Shown: one piece after another, positions 51,603 to 63,440 of the stretch
Numbering within the stretch: position 1 is the first letter of the stretch
Layout of the letters: each line of letters opens with the position of its first letter
NCBI GenBank assembly: GCA_963745235.1
Contig: CAVUXE010000011.1
Coordinates: 1 to 64,000 of the forward strand
Reading direction: 5' to 3'
Origin: an uncultured Spirochaetota bacterium
Lineage (GTDB): Bacteria > Spirochaetota > Spirochaetia > SZUA-6 > Fen-1364
DNA: 64,000 nt
The notes under the pieces: model-generated
The model's input: the letters and a program-made list of their open reading frames with translations, nothing else
Databases searched by the model: none
What the model was told of the DNA's origin: nothing
Program-made: the position numbers and the translations under genes

Positions 51603-52794
51603 ATGTCAATGGGCGACCGAATTAGTGCGATCTATGAAATTACGCCGCAGGTAGAATCACCCGAAAGGGCGTTCGATCTCCTGCTCCACGAGATGACGAG
51701 CGGCATACAGTATTTCTCCGGCCCTGACGGGGCAATCATGGACAAAATTGTAAACCATGTCCCGTCAGTTGATCGCAGCGTTATGGGAGAAATCGTCGCG
51801 GCAGAGAAAGGAGAAGATAGCTCGTACCGCATCACTTTTTCAATTCCTGCTTCCAACCTCAACCCCGAGATGGGGGGAATAACCAATTTGTGGCCGATTG
51901 TTGCAGGAGAAGTCTTCAATTTCTACTTCATCAGGAAGGCGCGACTGCTGGACCTCAGCCTGCCCGGAATCCTTCCAAGCGCGCTACCTAGGGCCGCGCT
52001 GCGGCCTGCAGGGCATGCGGGAGTTGCTCCATGCCGGCCCTGACCCACTCTTTGGCGCGATAATAAAGCCCAACGTCGGGCTTAATCCTGCGCAAGCTGC
52101 AAAGCTTGTGCAAAGTCTGGCAGATGCAGGATTCGATTTCATCAAGGACGATGAGATTTGCGTGGACCCAGTGCTTTGCCCGCTCCGCGAAAGGGTTTCC
52201 CGCGTCGCCGAGGCGCTAGACGCCTCGGCTGGACGGTCCGGCCGCAAGCCGCTTTACATGTCAAACATCACTGTGGACTTCGCCTCCCTCCACGAAGCGG
52301 CGCGAATAGCAGCCGAGTGTGGTGCCGGGGGATTCATGGTGGATCCGTTCTGCACGGGGATGTCGACGATCGACTTTCTGCGGCGCACCTTCCCTCTGCC
52401 GATCTACTGCCACCGGGTCGGCTATGGGCTCCACAGTTTGGGCCAGACCTACAGCGTGAGCTTCGAGCTGTTCAGCAAACTCTTTAGGTTGTTGGGCGCA
52501 GACTTTTCGCACGTGGGGGGAATCTGGGGGAGCGGGGCAGATGCTAAAATGAAAACCGGACGATATCTGGAAATCCTCAGACGCCGTGTTGCTGGAGCTT
52601 TGGACAGGAATGAGACCTGGCCTGTGGTGAGCGGCATTAGCCTAGAGAATATGGAGGAGTATTATCGCTTCTACGGGGATGACACGCTGTTCCTTGAGCA
52701 TATCGATATCTACACCGACACAGATGCTGCGCGGCGCAAGATCGACGCTCTCAAGCAGCGTGTAGAGGCAGCAAAGACGGGAGCCGGGGCGTGA
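51603..52794 (+). CDS. RuBisCO-like protein (form IV), one frameshift near 51965
   Basis: HEMTSG, GPRCGLQGMRELL, GAIIKPNVGL, FDFIKDDE, IYCHR and PVVSG motifs. Confidence 0.88.
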
Positions 52795-53843
52795 ATGGAA
52801 AAATGAAAGCGGCGGTACTCCACGCTCCGGGGGACGTGCGGTTCGAAGAAGTACCAATCCCGGCGATCGGCCCCGAGGAAGTACTCCTGCGCATAAAAGC
52901 GGCGGGTAACTGCGGATCTGACCTGAAACGGATCATGGTGGAAGGCACTTGGGTGCTGCCATGCATCCCCGGCCATGAGTTTTCGGGAGAAATAGCCGAG
53001 GTAGGAGAAGGAGTGGAGGGGTGGAAGACCGGGGATCGAGTGACGGCCGCACCAATGCTCCCTTGCTTTCGGTGCGAGTGGTGTCTCCAGGGCCAGTACA
53101 ACCTGTGTGAGAATTATGACTACGTCGGTTCACGATCGGACGGAGCTTTCGCCGAGTACCTGAAGATTAGGGCCTTCAACCTTGTGAAGCTCCCCGATGG
53201 GGTGAGCGATGAGGCGGCTGCCATGACGGACCCGGCGGGCGTTGCGCTCCACGCTTTGCGGCGTGCGGGCGGTGTCAGCCCCGGGGAAACCGTCGCGGTG
53301 CTCGGTGCCGGACCGATCGGGATGTTCGCTTGCCAGTGGGCAGCGCTATTGGGCGCGGGGAAAGTAATCGCAACCGATATCCTCGATGAGAAGCTTGAGA
53401 TTGCCAGTGGTCTGGGTGTCCCGGTGAGGATCAATTCCAGGCGTGAAGACACGGTGGCCCGGATCATGGAAGAGACGGGCGGCAGGGGAGCTGATCTGCT
53501 TATAGAGACCGCGGGCTCAGTAGAGACCCACAGGCAGGCGCTGCTCGCGGCGCGCAAGCGTGGAAGAATTGTGCATATCGGCAGGGCGTATTCCGACGTG
53601 CTACTGACTGATGAGGTGTTCACGAAGATCTTCCGCCGGGAGCTCGCAGTATTTGGCGCCGTGAATACCAACTTCTCTCCTCACGACAATGAGTGGAAAA
53701 CCACGGTGGACTACATAGCATCCGGGAAAATCCGAGCCGAGCCGCTCGTCTCCCACCGCCTGACGATGAGCGCCGTAGGGGAAACCTTCCGCAAGATGTA
53801 CCGGCGGGAGATGGTTTACAATAAGATCATCTTCACTCCGTAA
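52791..53843 (+). CDS. Zn-dependent sugar-alcohol(-phosphate) dehydrogenase (GatD-like)
   Basis: CGSD, GHEFSG, CxxCxxC and GAGPIG motifs. Confidence 0.9.
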   Translation: MNGKMKAAVLHAPGDVRFEEVPIPAIGPEEVLLRIKAAGNCGSDLKRIMVEGTWVLPCIPGHEFSGEIAEVGEGVEGWKTGDRVTAAPMLPCFRCEWCLQGQYNLCENYDYVGSRSDGAFAEYLKIRAFNLVKLPDGVSDEAAAMTDPAGVALHALRRAGGVSPGETVAVLGAGPIGMFACQWAALLGAGKVIATDILDEKLEIASGLGVPVRINSRREDTVARIMEETGGRGADLLIETAGSVETHRQALLAARKRGRIVHIGRAYSDVLLTDEVFTKIFRRELAVFGAVNTNFSPHDNEWKTTVDYIASGKIRAEPLVSHRLTMSAVGETFRKMYRREMVYNKIIFTP

Positions 53844-53859
53844 CGTTGAGAGGTGAATC

Positions 53860-54913
53860 ATGGAGGCCGTGTATTTGAGAGGCGTCGAAGACGCTGTCGT
53901 GACGACCGTGCCTGATCCCTGCATTCCCGGCCAGGGAATTCTGGTTCGGGTGGAGGCGTGCGCCGTGTGCGGCACCGACGTTAAGATGTATCGCCACGGC
54001 TATGCCGCGGCGAAGTTTCCCCTCATTCCCGGACACGAGATCGCGGGTAAGATCGAGCGACTCGAAGGGAACTACCCTAGGACTCTCTGTCGGAATGCGC
54101 GTGGCCATTGCGCCGAACATTCCGTGCGGCGTGTGCCAGTATTGCAGGGACGGGCTCCAGACGGCCTGCGATTCCCTTGAGACGATCGGCGTGCACCGCG
54201 ACGGCGGTTTTGCCGAGCTCTTAGTCCTCCCCGCGCACGCGGTGACAGCAGGCTGCGTCTTTGCTATCCCAAAAGGGGTTGCAAGCGAGGAGGCGGCGCT
54301 TATCGACCCGGCCTCCTGCGCTGTGAATGCTTGCGAATTGTCCCACGTGAAGCCGGGCGATACTGTTGTTGTCGTTGGCGCTGGTCCCGCCGGATGCCTG
54401 TGCGTGGAGGTGAGCAAGGCCTTTGGTGCGCGCTTCACTATCCTTATCCAGCGCTCGTCTGCACGTCTTGAGCAGGCGCGTTTTACAGGCGCGGGACTTT
54501 TCATCGACTCCTCTCGCGAAGATGCGCTTGCGAAGGTTCGCGAAGCCACCGGGGGCAGGGGGGCTGACGTAGTGATCGTTGCTGCCGGCACGGCCGAAGC
54601 TCAAGAGCAGGCTATGCAGATGGTAGCCAAGAGAGGCAGTGTAAACCTCTTCGGCGGCCTACCCAAGTCGAGCCCGACTATCCGCCTTGATTCAAACCTC
54701 GTGCATTACAGGGAAGTTTCCGTCGTGGGCACCCATGGGAGCTCCAACAGGCACTGCGCAATCGCTCTGGACATGATCGCTGACAGGAGGATAAGGGCCA
54801 GCAACTACGTAAGCAGGCGGTTTGCCCTTAGCGAGTTTCCGTCAGCCCTTGCAGCTGCAGAGAGCAAGACGGGGCTGCGGATGTTCGTCAATCCTGGGCT
54901 GGCTGGTCGATGA
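53860..54913 (+). CDS. Zn-dependent alcohol dehydrogenase (sorbitol/iditol DH-like), one frameshift
   Basis: CGTD, GHE, CGVCQYC and GAGPAG motifs across two ORFs. Confidence 0.85.
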
Positions 54914-55010
54914 GAGTAATCCTGGTCCGCTGCGGCGAGATGGGCCTGAGGAGAGAGGGATTGGGCAAAAAGAAGTCTGCCGGACTTGACGACGAAAGGC
55001 GGCTTAGGGA

Positions 55011-55976
55011 ATGACCGAAATAACCTTAGGAATCAATACCTGCTTCGCGATCGGCCGCTACCCAGAACCGGAAGAATGGATGCGTGTCGTCACGGACGAG
55101 CTGGGGCTCTCTCACGTCCAGTTCTCGTTCGACTTGGTTGACCCTGTCATCGTCGACTGGGATACCGTTGAAAGAAAATGTAGGAAAATTGCTGAGCTTG
55201 CTCAGCAGAGAGGGATTCGCATAGACACGGCCACCACGGGCGAGGTCCCCCATAAATCTAATGCTCTCCTCGATCCTGATCTTGCAGTCAGGCGCTCCTA
55301 CCTCCGCTGGTACGAAAACCTCATACGGGCAAGCAGCATCCTGGGCGCCGAAGGCTCTGGGGTCTATCTCGGAACCCTGAGCAGCAGGGACAACGGGTCC
55401 GCCGAGCGGCGCGCGTACCTCATCTCCGTTCTCATGGAGGAGATCGAGCACCTCACGGGAATAGCGAAGAGCGAGGGTCAAAAATATTTCATGTGGGAGC
55501 CGATGTCTGTCCCCCGGGAGATCCCCTGCACCATTAGCGAAACGCGAGAGCTCCTCGAGCGGGCAAACCGCAATTCGCAGATACCAGTGTTGCTCTGTTT
55601 GGACGTTGGCCACGGTTGGATCCGTTCCCCTAATCCGAGCGATCGAGACCCGTACGAATGGCTTCGAGAGCTTGCGCACTTGTCTCCCTCTATCCACATG
55701 CAGCAGACCGACGGTAAAGGTAGCCGGCACTGGCCGTTTTCTCCCGAGTTCAACGCTAAAGGTATCATCGCTCCTGAAAAGGTGTTCGCCGCTCTGGAAC
55801 TATCTGGCGCGGAGCGAACGATTATTGTCTTTGAGTACTTCTTCTCTGCGCATGCACTCAGCGAAGACACGGCGATAGCCGACATGCGCACAAGCGTTCA
55901 GTACTGGAAGGAAGCTCTTGGCGGTTCTCATCGCGCAGGTAGAGCGGGGAGGGAAGGGCGGCCGGCAGCGAGGTGA
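55011..55976 (+). CDS. TIM-barrel epimerase (D-erythrulose-1-phosphate 3-epimerase/EryC-like)
   Basis: LGINTCFAIGRYPEPEEW, VQFSFDLVDP, WEPMSVPRE, DVGHG and HMQQTDG...HWPF motifs. Confidence 0.7.
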   Translation: MTEITLGINTCFAIGRYPEPEEWMRVVTDELGLSHVQFSFDLVDPVIVDWDTVERKCRKIAELAQQRGIRIDTATTGEVPHKSNALLDPDLAVRRSYLRWYENLIRASSILGAEGSGVYLGTLSSRDNGSAERRAYLISVLMEEIEHLTGIAKSEGQKYFMWEPMSVPREIPCTISETRELLERANRNSQIPVLLCLDVGHGWIRSPNPSDRDPYEWLRELAHLSPSIHMQQTDGKGSRHWPFSPEFNAKGIIAPEKVFAALELSGAERTIIVFEYFFSAHALSEDTAIADMRTSVQYWKEALGGSHRAGRAGREGRPAAR

Positions 55977-55983
55977 GACCGCA

Positions 55984-57492
55984 ATGAGCCTGATGGGAAT
56001 TGACGTGGGAACCACTGGTTGCAAGGGCGTGGCTTTTGATGAGAGGGGGACAGTTCTTGCATCGGCGTACAGAGAATACCCACTTATCCAGCCCAAGGAA
56101 GATTGGGTAGAGCTTGACCCGCAACTTATTTGGCAGTTGTTAAAAGAGACTCTACGAGAGGTGAACGCGCAGCTTTCCGCGGACCCGGTGCAAGCAATCG
56201 GTGTCTCCTCTCAGGGGGAGACTGTCACAGCGCTTGACGATCGGGGAAACAATCTCTGCAATTTCATCGTCACTTTCGACAATCGGACTATTGAGCAGGT
56301 CTCGTTCTGGGAGAAAGCACTCGGCCGCGACGCAGTCTACCGGATAACCGGGATGCCCCTTCATCCCATGTACTCGATCAACAAAATTCTTTGGATAAAA
56401 AAAAATCTTCCCGACGTTTTTGCGCGAGCGCGCAAGTTCACCCTCGTCGAGGACTTCGTCATTTCGCGGCTTTGCGGAGAGTACGGGATCGATTTCTCCC
56501 TTGCCGCGCGAAGCATGGCTTTTGATGTCACGCAGGCAAAGTGGTCTGCGGAGATTCTCGCTGCCGCCGGGGTGGAAGAGCGCTTCCTCTCCCGCGCGGT
56601 GCCGTCGGGTACAATCATCGGATGCATGCGCCGTGAGCTCAAGGACGAGCTTGGCTTCAAGCGGGAGGTTTCCATTGTCACCGGGGGGCATGATCAGCCC
56701 TGCGGTGCCCTCGGAGCCGGCATCACGGGGGCAGGGATCGCGATGAATGCAACGGGTACAGTTGATGCTATCTGTCCCGTGTTCAGCGACTTACAGTTTT
56801 CCCCTCAGATGCTTCAAGACAACTATGCGGTCTACCCTTACACGATGCAGGGACTGTATTGCACCATCGGTTTTAACCTTACCGGCGGCCTACTCTTGAA
56901 GTGGTACCGGGATACTCTTTGCGCCGAAGAAGTCCGTTGGGCTAAGAACAAAGGCATGGGCTCGTATGATATGATCCTTTCTCGCATGTCGAGTTCCCCA
57001 AAGGATATCTATGTACTGCCTCATTTTGTTGGGTCGGGCACCCCGCAGCTTGACCCTCTTTCAAAAGGGGCAATCATCGGGTTACGGATCTCCACTACCA
57101 AGGAGGATTTGACGCGAAGTATCATAGACAGCATCAACCTTGAGATGAAAATAAACATCGAGCGAATGCGGGCGAACGCAATCCCTATACGCGCCATCCA
57201 CGCGGTCGGAGGCGGCGCCAAATCAGACCTCTGGCTTGCACTTAAGGCGAGCTGTTTTGGGGTGCCTGTCAGCCGACCCAGGACCGAGGAGGCGGTTTCC
57301 CTTGGCGGGGCTATCCTTGCAGGATATGCCACCGGGCGCTTTCAGGGTGTTGCCGAGGGGGCGAAGGCAATGGTTGCCATCCAGGATACATTCGAGCCGC
57401 AGGAAAAGCTCGTAGCTTTGTATGATGAGAAGTTCGCTAAGTTCCGGGAGCTTTATCCAACGCTCTCGCAGCTCAATAGGAGTTTGGAATGA
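55984..57492 (+). CDS. FGGY family carbohydrate kinase
   Basis: GIDVGTTGCK, SSQGE, GGHDQ and VGGGAKSDLW motifs. Confidence 0.92.
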   Translation: MSLMGIDVGTTGCKGVAFDERGTVLASAYREYPLIQPKEDWVELDPQLIWQLLKETLREVNAQLSADPVQAIGVSSQGETVTALDDRGNNLCNFIVTFDNRTIEQVSFWEKALGRDAVYRITGMPLHPMYSINKILWIKKNLPDVFARARKFTLVEDFVISRLCGEYGIDFSLAARSMAFDVTQAKWSAEILAAAGVEERFLSRAVPSGTIIGCMRRELKDELGFKREVSIVTGGHDQPCGALGAGITGAGIAMNATGTVDAICPVFSDLQFSPQMLQDNYAVYPYTMQGLYCTIGFNLTGGLLLKWYRDTLCAEEVRWAKNKGMGSYDMILSRMSSSPKDIYVLPHFVGSGTPQLDPLSKGAIIGLRISTTKEDLTRSIIDSINLEMKINIERMRANAIPIRAIHAVGGGAKSDLWLALKASCFGVPVSRPRTEEAVSLGGAILAGYATGRFQGVAEGAKAMVAIQDTFEPQEKLVALYDEKFAKFRELYPTLSQLNRSLE

Positions 57493-58225
57493 GGAAGCCG
57501 TCCTTCATCGGACCCATGCACAGAAGATTCCGCAGACAAATCCGCGACTTGGCGGCGGCGAGCGTTCGTCTTGGGGAGCTGGGTTTCGCGTCCTCCCGCG
57601 GGGGCAACCTTTCCTGTCGTGCGGATGATGGCTGTTTGCTGATTACCCCGACCGGCTTTCGGAAGAAGGAAGTCCGCCCAGAGGACATACTGGTGGTGAG
57701 GCCCGACGGAAGCACGTGGGAAGCACGCCCGGGGCTTAAGCCTTCAAGCGAGGCGCCTGCCCATATGCACATAATGCGTTCCCGTCCGGATGTTCAAGCG
57801 ATTATCCATGCTCATCCACCGGTTTTAACGGGTTTCGCCCTCGCGGGGGTCGATATTCTCTAAAACCCATCCATCCTGAGCTTGTCATCGAGGTCGGCCC
57901 CGTGATCAACCTTGACTACACCGAACCAACGTCGGAGAAGCTTGCACACCAGTTCGATAGTGTCATACTCAGCGCCAACGCCTTCCTGATGGGAGGGCAC
58001 GGGGTTATGATCTGCAGCCCGGTTGGAATCGAAAGGGCACTGGAACTCCTGGAAATGCTTGAGACGATAGCATTTTCGGCATGGGTCGCGATGTCCGTGG
58101 GAAAGCCGAAAACGATTCCCGCCGCTGAGCTAGACGCGTTGGAGCGCATCATGCGCACGCGCAACCTTACTATGCCGGGCGCGTCGGCCGGCTGGAGCCT
58201 GCGGAAGCTGTACGGGACGAACTGA
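57489..58225 (+). CDS. Class II aldolase/adducin family protein, one frameshift
   Basis: GGNLS, ITPTG, PSSE, IIHAHP and MGGHG motifs. Confidence 0.85.
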
Positions 58226-58416
58226 ACCGGAGAAGAGGGGAATGAATTTGCTTTGATTAAGGATGACCTGTAAAATGCGAATGGAGAAAAGGTGAGGAAA
58301 AGAGTGATTCGACCAGGCAAGGTTCAAGCGCAGTATTGAGACCATCTTTTGGAATTGTTTAGGTGCGAGTCGTGCGATTAGTGGGGCATTAATACAACGA
58401 ACAAGGGAGGAAAAAG

Positions 58417-59415
58417 ATGAGACCTATCAGATTCGCGTCGGGGCTCCATGTCTTTGGAAGTACTGCAGACCGCTATGTCCTCAGCGGTTATAAGCCGCAG
58501 GTACCAATATCTGAAATGATTCAAGGGGCGGCAAAGGTGAAGGGCTTAAAAGGCGTCGAACTTGTCGAGACGTGGCATATCAATAGCGAAAACGTAGACA
58601 AGGTGCTGTCAGAGCTGCAGGCGTCCGGATTACAACTTACCCTCCTCATGCCCGATCTCTGGGCTTCTGGCAAATGGGGAATGGGAAGCTTTGCTGCAGG
58701 GAACGAGAAGACACGCAGGGATGCTATTGAAACGGTCAAACGCACGATGGACATGGCGGCACGCACAGGCTGTAATTTGATCAATGTGTGGTTGGGGCAG
58801 GATGGTTACGATTATCCGCTCCAAGCCGACTATTTGAAGGCGTGGGACTGGATCGTTGAAGCCTTAAGAGAATGCGCTGATCATAATCCCAAAGTCACAA
58901 TCGGGATGGAGTATAAAATCAAAGAGCCGAGAACCCATTGTTTTATCGGAACAATCGGTAAGCTGCTCTTGCTGATGGACAAGGTGAATCGGAAGAACCT
59001 GGGCGTCATTCTAGACATAGGACATGCTCTCGAGGGATATGAAAACATGGCGGAATCCGCCGCGTTGTGCAAGTATTTTGGCGACCGGCTTATCCATCTC
59101 CATCTCAACGACAACTGGCGATCCTGGGACGATGATATGATGGTGGGGTCCATCCACACAATCGAGCTTTTGGAACTCCTGTACTGGCTAGAAAAAATCG
59201 ACTTCCGGGGGTGGTACTCGCTGGACATCTTCCCCTACAGAGATGATTCAATCGCCGTAGCCTCAGAGAGCCTGAACTGGATAACGGATCTGCGCAGGGT
59301 GATCGATCACATTGGATTGGACAGAATCGAGAAAGTCATCGCAAGTGGCGACGCTGCCCAGGCATCCCGCTTGGTGAGAGAGGGCATGTTCTCTGTGTCG
59401 GAGCATAAGAAATGA
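58417..59415 (+). CDS. Xylose-isomerase-like TIM-barrel isomerase (D-apiose isomerase-related)
   Basis: WLGQDGYDYP, MEYKIKEPR, LDIGH, HLNDNWRSWDDD and LDIFPYR motifs. Confidence 0.8.
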   Translation: MRPIRFASGLHVFGSTADRYVLSGYKPQVPISEMIQGAAKVKGLKGVELVETWHINSENVDKVLSELQASGLQLTLLMPDLWASGKWGMGSFAAGNEKTRRDAIETVKRTMDMAARTGCNLINVWLGQDGYDYPLQADYLKAWDWIVEALRECADHNPKVTIGMEYKIKEPRTHCFIGTIGKLLLLMDKVNRKNLGVILDIGHALEGYENMAESAALCKYFGDRLIHLHLNDNWRSWDDDMMVGSIHTIELLELLYWLEKIDFRGWYSLDIFPYRDDSIAVASESLNWITDLRRVIDHIGLDRIEKVIASGDAAQASRLVREGMFSVSEHKK

Positions 59416-59643
59416 ACTGTACGCTTGGAAGAAATCGGTCCAAAGCGGGAAGGAGGGATCACCGGTTTTTACCAGGGTGACTTTAGAAAGGGGCTGTGTG
59501 AAAGAGCAGAAAGGAGGGCAATAGTAAGACCATGAGGGTCGCGCTGAAGCGTTACATAAGCGTGACAAGGATTCCAATCACTCGGTTGGTTTGCGGCTGC
59601 ATCCGCCGACACTGAGTGCAAGCAAGAACGAGGAGGACGATCG

Positions 59644-60690
59644 ATGGGTAGGATGGTAAGAACGATCCTTCTGGCAGGACTCGTGCTTCTAATTGCATGT
59701 GGGGGTGTGTTTGCCAGCGGGAAGGGAGAAGCGACTAAGACAGCGGCAATCACTATCGGGTACTGCTCGCCAGAACTTGACGCCTTCCAAGCAGGGGTCA
59801 TGTACAGTGTGATGCACTACGCCCAGGCAAAGGGCTGGGCGGTGATTCCGGAAGACGCCAACACAGATCCGCACCTACAGGCGAACCAAGTAGAATACCT
59901 GATTTCCCTGGGTGTGAAGGCGATCGTGGCGGTGCCGTGCGATAGCCAGGCATTCTGCGCTTCAATTGCAAAGGCTCGCCAGGCGAACATACCGGTGTAT
60001 ACGATCGACCGCGCTCCGATTGGGTGCAAGGTCAATATGGTCGTCCAAGCCGATAACGAGAAAGGCGGCACTGACTCCGGGACCGAGATCGTGAAGTTCC
60101 TGACGCAAAAATACGGAAGCCCGAAGGGCACTGTGTTGGAGCTGCAGGGAGAGATGGCCGAGAACGTGGCGCAGCTCAGGCACAAAGGCTTTATCGATGT
60201 CATGAACCAATATCCCGACATTAAGGTCACTTCAAAGACAACCCACTGGGACTCCAACCAGTTCTATCAGGACGCCATGGATGTGGTCGGCTCCCAAGCT
60301 ATTGATGCGATCTTTCTGCACTCCGACACCGTAGGCGGCACGCCGGTAACGCAGGCCCTCACCCAGCTCGGCAAGTTGGTTCCCGCGGGCCAGCCCGGGC
60401 ATATCTACATAGCTGCGATCGACGGGTCGCCGAATGGCCTTGACCTCATCCGCAAGGGTTCTCTCGACCAGACCTCCAGCCAGCCAAATCCCGATTTCGG
60501 CATTCTCACCGAATATATCGACAAAGAGTTCAAAGGCGAGAAGATCGTGGCGGGTCCAGTAGTGAAGGAGGGAGCCCTGTGGTCGCCCGCGAAGATCATT
60601 GACTCCGACGTTGGGCCAATGCTCGAGCTGGCCACAACGGACGTCACGAAGGCCAATGTCGATGACAAGCGCCTTTGGGGGAACCACTAG
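59644..60690 (+). CDS. Sugar ABC substrate-binding protein
   Basis: Signal peptide ending VFASGKGE; IPVYTIDR, ADNEKGG and IDGSP motifs. Confidence 0.9.
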   Translation: MGRMVRTILLAGLVLLIACGGVFASGKGEATKTAAITIGYCSPELDAFQAGVMYSVMHYAQAKGWAVIPEDANTDPHLQANQVEYLISLGVKAIVAVPCDSQAFCASIAKARQANIPVYTIDRAPIGCKVNMVVQADNEKGGTDSGTEIVKFLTQKYGSPKGTVLELQGEMAENVAQLRHKGFIDVMNQYPDIKVTSKTTHWDSNQFYQDAMDVVGSQAIDAIFLHSDTVGGTPVTQALTQLGKLVPAGQPGHIYIAAIDGSPNGLDLIRKGSLDQTSSQPNPDFGILTEYIDKEFKGEKIVAGPVVKEGALWSPAKIIDSDVGPMLELATTDVTKANVDDKRLWGNH

Positions 60691-60810
60691 AAGCCGGTAA
60701 ATCGGCAACATGCCGGGGGCGAGCTGCGATAATCTCTCAGCCCGCCCAGCTTTATGAGATTTGAAGTCCTGCTTCTGTGGTTAATCGGACATGAGGAGGA
60801 TCGGCAAGCC

Positions 60811-61953
60811 ATGGAAAGAGATCGTACAACATCCTTTTTTGTTGCAATCATAGACAACCTCATTTGGGTTATCGTTATTGTCGCTTTCGTTGTTTTCTCC
60901 CTGCTGTCCAGTCGGTTTCTTCACTCTTTTCAACCTGGTGAATATCCTGCCGAGGGTGGCTGCGCTTGGTCTCCTGGTCATCGGCCAGTCCTTTACAATG
61001 ACAACCGCGCACTTCGACCTCTCTTCCGAATCGACCCTCGGCTTAACCGCAATGGTGGGGGCGCTGTTTGTCGCCACCACAAACTACGGCGGGCTTGGGA
61101 TAATGATGCCCCCCGGTTTCGCCATCGTCTTGATGATTCTACTCGGGTTGCTCATCGGAACCTTAAACGGCTTCATGATTACGAAACTGAGAATGAACAA
61201 TCTCGTAGCGACGATCGCCATGCTGATCCTCCTCCGCGGCGTTGTGTGGATCCTTTCCCCAGGAAAGAGCGTGAGCTTTCTCGGGCCCGTGTTCGACTGG
61301 ATCGGGGGAGGAGTTCTTTTCACGATTCGGGCAGGCGGCAAGCCTACCGGTGTGCCGGTAAGCTTCTTTTTCGTGCTGGTGGCTTTTGCTTTCGCGCACA
61401 TCGTGACCCGATACACCCGATTCGGCCGGCACATGTACGCTATCGGCTCCAACCGTGAAGCCGCGGAGGCCGCGGGCATCCGGACCCAGCGGGTCATTTT
61501 CTCGGTATATGTGATTAGCGGCGCTTGCGCTGGCGATTGCGGGTCTACTTGAAGCCGGGCAGAGGAGACTCTGTCGTAGGCGGGCTCGGCCAAGGTTGGA
61601 TTTTTCAGGTACAGGCGGCGGCCATCATCGGAGGGATCAGTCTGTTCGGCGGCAGGGGGAGCATGCTGGGTGCGCTCGGCGGCGTCCTTTTCTGGGGCAT
61701 TCTGGAGTCCGGTTTGAGCATCATGCAGGCCAGTCCTTACTCTATCAACGTATTCCGAGGCGGCTTCTGCTTCGTCGCTATGATGCTCGATGCTTTGAAG
61801 ACCCAATACCTCCGCACTCTTTCAGCGCACCAGGTTGTTCGCCCGATCGACGATCGGAATAGCGGATTTGAACAACCTGGGGTAGGCGAGAAAAGAGAGA
61901 AATCCTTATGGAAACCACAGTGCCAGCAACAATTGTCTCACTGCGCGGCGTGA
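60811..61953 (+). CDS. Sugar ABC permease (several frameshifts; 3' end approximate)
   Basis: HFDLS, FGRHMYAIGSNREAAEAAGI and IGGISLFGGRG motifs. Confidence 0.8.
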
Positions 61954-63440
61954 GCAAGTCCTTTCCAGGCGTAAATGCCCTATCGAATGTGGACCTCGAC
62001 GTCCACCAGGGCGAGGTGCATGGTCTCGTAGGAAAAAACGGGGCCGGCAAATCGACACTCGTTCGTGTGCTCATGGGACTGCACGAGCCGGACAGCGGCT
62101 CCTTGGAGATAAATGGCCACCGCTTCTCTCGCATCACCGCCAGTGAAGCTTTGGCCGCAGGAGTCGCGTACGTTCCCCAGCACGTCAGCATGATGGACAG
62201 TCTTGTCGGTGGCCGAGAACATTCTTGCGGGAGAGATGCCAGTCGGTGCTTTCAGGTTGGTAGAACTGGAAGAAGGTGTATGCTCAGGCAGCGGACAGAC
62301 TCGAAAAGCTCGGCCTGGACCTGGACGTTCGAAAGAATGTTGAAGGGATTAGCGTCGCCGAGCAAACGATGCTTGCAATAGCGCAGGCGCTCTTCCGCCG
62401 GGCGAAACTCATCATTTTGGATGAGCCGACCGCTTCGCTTCCTCGGGCTGACATCGACCGTCTGTTCACTCTCATCCGTTCGCTCAAGAGCCAGGGAGTT
62501 GCAATTGTATTCATTTCGCACCATTTGGAAGAGGTTTTCGAGATCTGCGACCGGGTGACCGTGCTTCGCGACGGCTAGCCAGATCGGAACCTGGCCTCTC
62601 TGCGGAGCTGGACCTGCAACGCTGACAAAGGTAATCGTGGGAGAGAATATCCATGAGTATGTAAGAGAGTCAAGGGAAAGAGCGCCGGAAATCTCGCCAT
62701 GCAGATCAGTGGATTGACACTTAGGGGGTCACTACGAGGACATCTCGCATGGATATCGCCAAAGGCGAGGTTGTCAGCGTTTGTGGGCTGCAGGGCTCGG
62801 GAGCCGAGGCGTTGGGCGAGAGGCTCTTTGGTCTGGAGCCGAGGGGGATCGGAGCGTGTCCGAGTAGACGGCAAGGAGTACACGGCAAGGAATCCCAAGG
62901 AGGCCTTTGCCCAGGGAGTCGCCTTGCTCCCGCAGGATCGGTACCGCTTCGGGATTGTCGGCTCTGCGGCCAATCCGGGAGAACATCACTTATTCCATTC
63001 TGGACCAGCTGACAGGATTTCTCTCTATCCTTAAATCGGTCAAGGAGCGTCAGTTGGTGAAAGATTTCATCGAGAAGCTAGGTATCGTCACTCCAAGCCA
63101 GAACCAAAGCGTAAGGCTCCTGAGCGGCGGGAACCAGCAAAAAGTGGTTTTTGCCAAACTTGCCTGTACAAGACCAAGCGTGCTTATTCTCCACGATCCC
63201 ACTCAGGGCATCGACGTGCGCGCCAAGCTGGACATCTATAGGGTGATCGACGACCTAAGTGCGCAGGGCATTGCGATTCTTATCATTTCGACTGAGGTGC
63301 GCGAGCTTGTCGGGGTGTGCGACCGGATCCTCGTCATGTACGAGGGTCGTATAACCCACGAGTTCAAGAGGGGGGACGCCGATACGACACCGAGCAACAT
63401 TTTGCTGGCAATTGAGGGAGGCCGTCATGCGGGACAGTAG
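61908..63440 (+). CDS. Sugar ABC ATP-binding protein (several frameshifts)
   Basis: GKNGAGKST, LDEPT, LSGGNQQK and HDPTQGID motifs in successive ORFs. Confidence 0.85.

Noticed and set aside
51603-52794. CO2-fixing RuBisCO
   Set aside because: Lacks the loop-6 Lys and other form I-III residues; no phosphoribulokinase or small subunit nearby; the context is catabolic.
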